This document shows, piece after piece, positions 57,457 to 64,000 of a DNA stretch of 64,000 bases. The stretch spans positions 1 to 64,000 of the IMG/VR virus record IMGVR_UViG_3300042731_004976; one strand, 5' to 3'. The stretch comes from a virus. Numbering within the stretch: position 1 is the first letter of the stretch; each line of letters begins with the position of its first letter. The notes below the pieces were generated by a model, which was not told where the DNA came from, did not search any database, and worked only from the letters and a program-made list of their open reading frames with translations. The translations under genes and the position numbers were made by a program.

Positions 57457-57755
57457 TGGGCCTATTCGACTACATCGACATGTTGATGACTGAGGAACAG
57501 GCGCAGGAGTGCGCCAAGTCGGGTGTGATCTACACGCCGTACGTCCCTCTCCAGGTCTCCAAGGTCATGATCAAAACCACCGTCACCCTCCACCTCGAAG
57601 AGTGTGACTGTCCTGCGTGTTGTCCCTATCACGTAGCAGCACGCCGGCATCCGTACGGACCCGGGCAGGTACTCTCAGTCTCCCTAGCCGATGGCGAATC
57701 TCCTCCAAAGGGCTGGAAACGGGTACCAAAAGATCCGAACAGTTCTCTTCCTTGA
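57456..57755 (+). CDS. small protein carrying an MCP-like peptide
   Basis: TGATG coupling; SGVIYTPYVPLQVS. Confidence 0.6.
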   Translation: MGLFDYIDMLMTEEQAQECAKSGVIYTPYVPLQVSKVMIKTTVTLHLEECDCPACCPYHVAARRHPYGPGQVLSVSLADGESPPKGWKRVPKDPNSSLP

Positions 57756-57780
57756 CAATTCCAAAGATATACGGTAGGGT
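57752..57780 (+). promoter_or_regulatory. sigma70-like promoter overlapping upstream stop codon
   Basis: TTGACA-17-TAGGGT. Confidence 0.7.
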
Positions 57781-57789
57781 CAGATCACT

Positions 57790-58731
57790 ATGAATGAAGA
57801 GACCCTCCGCGACCGTCGACTTGGGACCATTCTCGCCGGAGCTATCGGCGATGCCCTCGGACACCCGACCGAGTTCATGTCCCTGTCCTCGATCTACGAG
57901 AAGTACGGGGTGGATGGCGTTCAGGGCTTCTCTCTCTGGCGGAAGGACCCCGAGACGGGCAAGGAGTACTCCCCCTACACCGACGACACCCAGATGGCGG
58001 AGGTGGTCCTCCGAACCATCCTGAGTGCCCAGTTGGCCGACTTGGACGAGGAGCACATGTTCGAGAAGATGGCTGAGGGCTTCGTGGAGTGGGCCAGAAA
58101 CCCCCAGGGAGGCCACAGAGCGCCCGGAGGAGCCTGTATGAGCGGTTGCCGGGCCCTGGGCAGCGGAGTGCCCTGGAGAGAGGCTGGAGGCCCCTCTGCG
58201 GGCGGCTGTGGGTCGGTCATGCGCTGCTACCCCTTTGGGCTCTTCTTCGAGCCGGACGAGGCGGAGAGGCTGGCCGTGGCGCACTCGGCCATGACCCATC
58301 GGGACCCCATCGCGCTGGCTGCCTGTGCCGCCATGGCGAGGGGGGTGGCCCTCAACCTGAGGGACGTCCCCGTGGACGAGGTCATCCAGGAGATGATCGC
58401 TGCTGCGGCGCGTTATAGCGAGCAGACGGCTGAGATGATGACGGATGCTTGGGAGCAGGCCAAGGCCGGGACTCACGCGGACGTGGTGCTCTCTCGGTAC
58501 GAGGGCTGGGCAGCCCATGATGCCATCGCTGCGACGGTCTACCTGTTCGCCTGCTTCCCCGAGGATCCCAAGGGAGCCATGCTCCGCGGCGTGACCAGCA
58601 AGGGGGACTCCGACTCCCTGGGAACGCTTGCTGGGGCCATCGTGGCCTCGCGTACGGGGCTCAAGTCCCTTCCCGAGGACTTGGTCCGAGACGTCGAGCG
58701 CTCGGAGGTCTTCCTGAGCATTCTCGACTGA
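57790..58731 (+). CDS. ADP-ribosylglycohydrolase (DraG/ARH family)
   Basis: AIGDALG..EF, YTDDTQM, G.G.VMR, TH, GDSDS. Confidence 0.93.
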   Translation: MNEETLRDRRLGTILAGAIGDALGHPTEFMSLSSIYEKYGVDGVQGFSLWRKDPETGKEYSPYTDDTQMAEVVLRTILSAQLADLDEEHMFEKMAEGFVEWARNPQGGHRAPGGACMSGCRALGSGVPWREAGGPSAGGCGSVMRCYPFGLFFEPDEAERLAVAHSAMTHRDPIALAACAAMARGVALNLRDVPVDEVIQEMIAAAARYSEQTAEMMTDAWEQAKAGTHADVVLSRYEGWAAHDAIAATVYLFACFPEDPKGAMLRGVTSKGDSDSLGTLAGAIVASRTGLKSLPEDLVRDVERSEVFLSILD

Positions 58732-58741
58732 GACCTCTCCC

Positions 58742-59023
58742 GTGAGCGCTGTGGTCTTGAAAGACGAACGCTTCAAGCGTGTGCGCGCCTTCGACGCAGA
58801 TCCCGAGGTCTACCTGAACGGGATGCTGCTTCACGAAGGCATCGACTACTCATGGCTGGAGGGCGACCGCTTGCAGATAGGACCCCTGCCCGTCATAGAG
58901 TCGGACTTCCTCGCGCTGCAACCGAAGAATCTGATCACAAAGAAGTACATCGCAGAAGAGTCGATCAGCCTCGTGGTCATGGAAGTAGAGGAGAGAGATC
59001 TCCTCACTCCGGAGGTCGGTTGA
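58742..59023 (+). CDS. small protein with a virion-repeat-like motif
   Basis: VYLNGMLLHEGIDY. Confidence 0.5.
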   Translation: MSAVVLKDERFKRVRAFDADPEVYLNGMLLHEGIDYSWLEGDRLQIGPLPVIESDFLALQPKNLITKKYIAEESISLVVMEVEERDLLTPEVG

Positions 59024-59262
59024 TGACCGTTCCGAAAGTCGCTGACTACTTCCTCGTAGGAACACTCGACGAGCAATTCGTCGTGAACGCCCCGTCGCTT
59101 TCTGGGAAGCGAGAGAAGCTCGACTTTACCTGGCACGCGAGTCTCGCTTGGCACTTTCTGGATCGGCGACAGGCGGACGGGTTCATTCGAGATCATCCAG
59201 AACACAAGCTCGTACGATACCTATACGAGACTTGCACTTCCTTCGATGGATACCCCCGATGA
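59023..59262 (+). CDS. hypothetical protein
   Basis: TGATG coupling, GGAGG SD. Confidence 0.55.
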   Translation: MTVPKVADYFLVGTLDEQFVVNAPSLSGKREKLDFTWHASLAWHFLDRRQADGFIRDHPEHKLVRYLYETCTSFDGYPR

Positions 59263-59861
59263 AGCTCGACGACGTGAACCTTCTCCAGTTCGGAAACACG
59301 GTGCAACTCGTGGGGGCGATCTGGCAGGGCGAGGGCAAGACGTACCTCTGCATGTTCCCCGGCGAAGAGGTGCCTCGGGGCGAAGTTCGAGGAGTCGAGT
59401 TCCTCGACACAAGCCTCTTGGAAATGGATGCGGACGACTGGCAGCGCTTCCTTCGTCAGACCGACCTCATGGAGACCGAGGTGCTGGTCCAAGCAAAGGA
59501 CGGCACCACGACGAAGGCTATCCTTCGAAAGAGCGCTAGGCAGATCGATCAGGTCGTGTCATGGCGTGTGTTTCGTAGAGACGACTACACCTGTCGCTAC
59601 TGCGGCAAGGATGACGCGCCTCTGACTGTGGACCACCTCGTGCTTTGGGAAGAGGGCGGACCGAGCACCGAAGAGAACATGATCGCTGCGTGCAAGAAGT
59701 GCAATCGCAAGCGAGGCAACAAGCAGCTCGCGGAGTGGTTGACAGATCCCTACTTCCTTCGGATCAGTGAAGGGCTTTCAGCTTCTCAGCGGGGAGCACT
59801 ACACGCGCTCGTACCGAAGCTCGATTCTATCCCTCGCATGAAGCACAAGAGGTCTCGGTGA
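59259..59861 (+). CDS. HNH endonuclease
   Basis: RDDYTCRYCG..TVDH..GG..N..ACKKCN. Confidence 0.88.
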   Translation: MKLDDVNLLQFGNTVQLVGAIWQGEGKTYLCMFPGEEVPRGEVRGVEFLDTSLLEMDADDWQRFLRQTDLMETEVLVQAKDGTTTKAILRKSARQIDQVVSWRVFRRDDYTCRYCGKDDAPLTVDHLVLWEEGGPSTEENMIAACKKCNRKRGNKQLAEWLTDPYFLRISEGLSASQRGALHALVPKLDSIPRMKHKRSR

Positions 59862-60172
59862 CTCCTGACGTAGCAGAGCGCACGATCGCAATACTCGTGG
59901 TGCTGGTCGTAGTACTATCCGGTCTCGCCGTCGTTACCTGCATCTTTTGGAGTCGTGCACTACGGGAACTGAGTGCTGCTCGACTTCGAGCAGATCTAGC
60001 CGAGATCGATCGAGACTACGCCGAAGGGAAGGCTGAGAGAGCCGAAGAGCGCGTGAAGCATGCCGAGGTCATGAGAGAGTACTCTCGACAACGCGCAGCG
60101 ATACTACATGCGCTACTAGATCCTAGTTCCGTAACCATTGAGGTACGTCCCCGTGACGAAAAGCCCAACTGA
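59858..60172 (+). CDS. TM + coiled-coil protein
   Basis: N-terminal TM helix. Confidence 0.55.
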   Translation: MTPDVAERTIAILVVLVVVLSGLAVVTCIFWSRALRELSAARLRADLAEIDRDYAEGKAERAEERVKHAEVMREYSRQRAAILHALLDPSSVTIEVRPRDEKPN

Positions 60173-60195
60173 GCTAGAGCGCAGAAAGGAAGCCC

Positions 60196-60420
60196 GTGGC
60201 CAAGCGACTACCTAAGCTCCCGCAGATCCGCGTCGTATGCTACGCGATGGACGGCGAGGAGATCAGCGATAGCGTCATCACGCTGGACAAGAGGGTGCTG
60301 AACAAGAAGCTCAGGCCACTCGACTTGTTCTACATTCTGAGTAGCGCGGGCGAGAAAGGTTCCGATCTAGTGACCTCCGCTTTCGAGTCTCTCATGACCC
60401 GTATGGGGATGCTCAAGTGA
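60196..60420 (+). CDS. hypothetical protein
   Basis: Tiling. Confidence 0.5.
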   Translation: MAKRLPKLPQIRVVCYAMDGEEISDSVITLDKRVLNKKLRPLDLFYILSSAGEKGSDLVTSAFESLMTRMGMLK

Positions 60421-60650
60421 TCTGTCCCTGCTGCTCTGCTCCTGCGATACGGACTCCGTTCCAGGACAAGTTCGAGGACGACGAGGAGGTCTTCTACTAT
60501 CTCGCGGCAGATCGCGACAGTTCCGCCGAGGTGTACGATGGAGATGTCGAGCGCTGGGAGTGCACGATGGACAAGGGACACGTGTTCTACTTGTCGACTG
60601 GTGCGGATGAGGAAGACGATGAGGACGAAAGAAGAGAGGACGCAGAGTAG
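60417..60650 (+). CDS. acidic Zn-ribbon-like protein
   Basis: CPCC..C...H. Confidence 0.5.
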   Translation: MICPCCSAPAIRTPFQDKFEDDEEVFYYLAADRDSSAEVYDGDVERWECTMDKGHVFYLSTGADEEDDEDERREDAE

Positions 60651-60653
60651 AAC

Positions 60654-61442
60654 ATGTCAAAGCTGATCATGAAGCACCGCTGCTGGTGCGGGAGCACGGA
60701 ATTCGAGATACCCGGGCCCGGGGAGGTCGTCTGCAAAAAGTGCTCTCGGGAACACGCCTACCAGGTCTTCTTCGCTGATGAAGAAGATCTGGTCTGCGCC
60801 TACTGCGACAAGCCGGCCAACTACGTGGCTTTGATCCCTTCAGTCTCCTTGTACGTGTGTGAGCAGCACAAGGACCGAACCGCGACATCGTGCCTAGTAC
60901 CTGTAGATGGTACGACGGCTCCCGACGGCACAGGTGGCTTTGCCTCTGAAGAAGCATCGAGCCCTGCCAGCGCTTCTCAGTCAACAGCGTCGAAAGCGGA
61001 CGAGAAGGGCCTCAAGTTGAGCCACCGACTCATCCTGCGCTTCGTCATGGAGTACGGGCGCTCGTTGAAAGCCTTCACTCGCTTGGAAGGATCTACAGAG
61101 CTAGCTACCATCGTGAACGAAGGGACGGTTCTGGCAGCGATCGGAGATTTGCTCGTGCTGGGTATGCGTATCGCAGAGCGACTCGGTTCTCCTAAGGAGG
61201 TGAGCGCCTACTTGGACGCGCACGAGGACGAGGACATAGAGCAGATTGCTCGCAGCAGGGAACAGCATTACCACCAAGCTCAGGAGATGCTGCACGAACG
61301 TATCAAGGGACAGGTTGAGGAGGTGCTTCTACGAGGAGATCCGTGCGCGAAGTGCGGGGCTCCCACGTGTCTCCAGTGCAAGACCTGCCACAGGTGCGAA
61401 GAGGCCAAGATCGAAGCCGCCAAGAAAGAGCAGCTCAACTGA
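60654..61442 (+). CDS. multi-Zn-finger protein
   Basis: Several CxxC pairs at both ends. Confidence 0.65.
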   Translation: MSKLIMKHRCWCGSTEFEIPGPGEVVCKKCSREHAYQVFFADEEDLVCAYCDKPANYVALIPSVSLYVCEQHKDRTATSCLVPVDGTTAPDGTGGFASEEASSPASASQSTASKADEKGLKLSHRLILRFVMEYGRSLKAFTRLEGSTELATIVNEGTVLAAIGDLLVLGMRIAERLGSPKEVSAYLDAHEDEDIEQIARSREQHYHQAQEMLHERIKGQVEEVLLRGDPCAKCGAPTCLQCKTCHRCEEAKIEAAKKEQLN

Positions 61443-62218
61443 TGAGCCAGGAAGTCGTGATCTGGTCGGGAGGTGCGGACTCTACGTATCTCCTCCACAA
61501 GCTGCTGACGAATTCGACGCAGCACTGGCCTGTGATCGCCTTGAGCATCGACAAGCACACCCAGCTGCATCAGGGACTTCTTGAAAAGCAGCGCGAAGCT
61601 CGCGAGAACTACAAGGCTTTCGTCAAGAAGAAGCACGTCGGATTCTTGAAACACCGCGTCGTGCGAGTTGAGACAGACGCGGCTCTCGACATAGGCAGTC
61701 AAGTAGCTCTCTGGATCTCCTCGCTGGTTCCGTACGTAGGCAAGGGACAGGAGCTGAACTTCGGCTACATTCGGGGAGACACCTTCTGGCACGAACGTAG
61801 GCACGCCGTAGCCATGATCGAAGCGATCCACTCTATCCACTACTACCCCAATGACGAAAAGATCACAGTCAAGTACCCCATCGAGTGGATGCAGAAACAC
61901 GAAGTTCTGGAGGGGTTGAAGAAGTTCGGTGTCCCGAACAAGTGTTGGTGGTCATGCGAGAAGCCCGAGAACGGAAAGGCGTGCGGTAGATGCGACAAGT
62001 GCTTGGAGCTGGAAGTCGGTCGCTTCGTGCTCAACGGGTCGAGAACCTATCGTCGGATAAACAAGCCAGGGAAGCTGTTGACGAAAGCCGTAGATGCCGA
62101 CGTGAAGCAAGCGCCTCAGCTAGACAAGGACTTCCAAAAGAAAAACGAGCCTGCGGTTCTAGGCGTCGGTCGCTCCATAGCCAAGAAGCGCAGCGCCAAG
62201 AGGAAGCGCAAGTCCTAG
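61442..62218 (+). CDS. queC: QueC-like PP-loop ATPase
   Basis: WSGGADST PP-loop; C-terminal SC..CGRCDKC Zn site. Confidence 0.7.
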   Translation: MSQEVVIWSGGADSTYLLHKLLTNSTQHWPVIALSIDKHTQLHQGLLEKQREARENYKAFVKKKHVGFLKHRVVRVETDAALDIGSQVALWISSLVPYVGKGQELNFGYIRGDTFWHERRHAVAMIEAIHSIHYYPNDEKITVKYPIEWMQKHEVLEGLKKFGVPNKCWWSCEKPENGKACGRCDKCLELEVGRFVLNGSRTYRRINKPGKLLTKAVDADVKQAPQLDKDFQKKNEPAVLGVGRSIAKKRSAKRKRKS

Positions 62219-62531
62219 TACGGAAGTGCTACGTTCTCCTTGTCCATGCTCACCGAGATCTAGTCGATGCTGCTCGCTCTTGCCATCTACAGGTTGCCTT
62301 GAGCCCTCCGCCCGTCGAATGGCTGCCCGACGATCAGAGATGGCGGGCGCGTCTCGGACACGTGCACGCCGTGATCTACCGGATGGGTACTCGCTACACG
62401 TGGGAGGTCTGGAGGGACGACGATTCCGAGGAGCCCTGCGCTACGTGGGCTCCAGAGATTCCTGTGGACCTTGGAGGAGCAAAGAAAGGCGCGGAGATAG
62501 CTCTACGTCGCGCCTTCATGATCCCCAAACG

Positions 62532-62852
62532 CTAGCGGCAGCGTACGTGCTCGGTTGTCGAGAACAGCATGCCGAACTCGCCGCTTCCCAACTCGCAGTC
62601 CTGGTTGAGGGGCTCGCACTCGACCCAAGCAGAGAACGAGCTACACGGCGGTTGAGGGCACCGATTCCCGTGGGACTCGCTGAGGAGTTTCGAGAGCGTC
62701 TTCTCGCAATCCGCCTTGTCGACGGAACAGTGATCCTCCGCAGCATGATCCTCGGTGATGCTCTTGCAAAGAAGCTCTGGCTTCTCGGCCTCCTTGCAGG
62801 AAGAGAACAGAATCCCAACCAAGAACAGTACGGCGAGGGCTCGGAGCTTCAT
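62532..62852 (-). CDS. putative Cys-rich lipoprotein
   Basis: MKLRALAVLFLVGILFSS-C lipoprotein signal. Confidence 0.6.
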   Translation of the reverse strand: MKLRALAVLFLVGILFSSCKEAEKPELLCKSITEDHAAEDHCSVDKADCEKTLSKLLSESHGNRCPQPPCSSFSAWVECEPLNQDCELGSGEFGMLFSTTEHVRCR

Positions 62853-63154
62853 GCGGTGCATGGTACCGTACTCACTACAGCAGGGCAAAGGACTAGGGAT
62901 GCTTCCTAGAACCGCGTTCGTTTTCACCTGCCGGGGCTGCGGCGAAGACGTGCTTCCCGCAGACGTTTGGGAACTTCAAGCGCTCAACGCGCAGTACCGA
63001 CCTACTGCTCTCAGGCTGCTCTCTTCTCTGCTGGACACCAACGCTAAGCGTGGGGTGCACCTGAAGCTCGTTAAGAAACCCGTAGGAAAGAGGATCAAGA
63101 TTGTTCGGGAGTGTTGCGGTCCTGTTGTGGAATCCCGCAAGGTAGTGTCTTGAT

Positions 63155-63430
63155 CTACGTGCGATTTCTTCTGGGCACGTCTGCAATCACGTCGAGGTCC
63201 TCTGGCACGCCCTTGGTTCGGACTTCGCCCCCTTGAGGCCCCTGCCAGATGTACGTCATCGGTTCCCCGGGGCCGTTCCACTCGGTCTTCTTGAGCTTCC
63301 CCCTGAACTTACGCCCGCCGTGCGTGAAGCTGACTTCGGCATCTACGCTGATCCGAGGCTTCCGTTTCTCCAAGAGAGTTTTCGCAGACTCGACCATTTG
63401 CATGCCCTCGCGTACAGCGGCTCTATCCAT
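63155..63430 (-). CDS. putative internal head protein
   Basis: Leader ...MVESAKTLLE. Confidence 0.5.
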   Translation of the reverse strand: MDRAAVREGMQMVESAKTLLEKRKPRISVDAEVSFTHGGRKFRGKLKKTEWNGPGEPMTYIWQGPQGGEVRTKGVPEDLDVIADVPRRNRT

Positions 63431-63444
63431 GATCCTGGATACTA

Positions 63445-63930
63445 TCACGGTTCCTCCGAATAGACCTGACGAAGTATTCGTAGGTGCTCCGCATCTATCT
63501 GCCTCTCGGGGTGAGGCGTGAGAGCTACCTGCCGATCGATCATTTCTCCCCACGATCCCCAGATGCTCGGATCTGACGCACCTGCGTAAAGTGCCACGTC
63601 TGCTGCATAGAAAGCAGCGGGCTTGGTTTTTCCTCGGGCGGCAGCAGCGGCGCTCCTGTAGGCAGCATCACATGCTCGTACGGCGTTAGCGATCACTCGT
63701 CGATCGTCGTCTGTGAATCCTGAGCGTAACCGTTGGGCCAGCGCACGTGCCGTCTTCGAAGTCTGGGAAGCGCTCTCGCGGTCCTCCGTGATCGGCAATT
63801 CTTCTAGCTTCGGTACCTCGTCGTACAACCCCGCAGAGCGTAGTGCTCGGGGAGCCCCGACACGGCATGCCCAGTCCACAGCCAGAAAACTCCTGAGCTG
63901 CTCGTTATGTTTTGTGGATCTCGTGCCCAA
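63445..63930 (-). CDS. Ala-rich helical hypothetical protein (may begin upstream of window end)
   Basis: LAVDWACRV...AAAA pattern. Confidence 0.55.
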   Translation of the reverse strand: MGTRSTKHNEQLRSFLAVDWACRVGAPRALRSAGLYDEVPKLEELPITEDRESASQTSKTARALAQRLRSGFTDDDRRVIANAVRACDAAYRSAAAAARGKTKPAAFYAADVALYAGASDPSIWGSWGEMIDRQVALTPHPERQIDAEHLRILRQVYSEEP

Positions 63931-64000
63931 GAAGGAACCGAGCCTGGGTAGGAAGATCTCGTGTCGGATGCGGTCTGGGATGATCCGTCCAGCGTTCGCT

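Noticed and set aside
1-64000. tRNA, rRNA and CRISPR features
   Set aside because: No cloverleaf or repeat-spacer array recognised by eye; tRNAscan-SE and Infernal were not run.
1-64000. Alternative genetic code (stop recoding)
   Set aside because: Core genes are intact in the standard code and end in TAG, TGA and TAA.

Overview
A 64 kb, gene-dense segment of a large, GC-rich, tailed dsDNA phage with a T4-like (myovirus) morphogenesis module. Almost all genes are on the + strand until about 62.5 kb. Layout: accessory ORFs with sigma70-like promoters (0-16.5 kb); a 998-aa metallophosphoesterase; a histone-H1-like protein; an intein-containing family A DNA polymerase; terminase, portal, prohead protease/scaffold, gp23-like capsid, neck, tail terminator, sheath and two tube paralogs (20.5-43.7 kb); putative internal head proteins; then RtcB, NUDIX, a tail-anchored endolysin, a DNA methyltransferase, dCTP deaminase, a 3'-5' exonuclease, ADP-ribosylglycohydrolase, HNH and a QueC-like gene. 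Most notable: unrelated accessory proteins carry short copies of conserved motifs of core phage proteins (portal, major capsid, PolA motif A), a candidate immune-decoy system. Also seen: a likely -1 frameshift in a head gene, a shared helical motif marking candidate capsid-packaged proteins, and promoters that overlap upstream stop codons and appear to drive near-leaderless mRNAs. All calls come from motif recognition by eye; no searches were run and the host is not determined.
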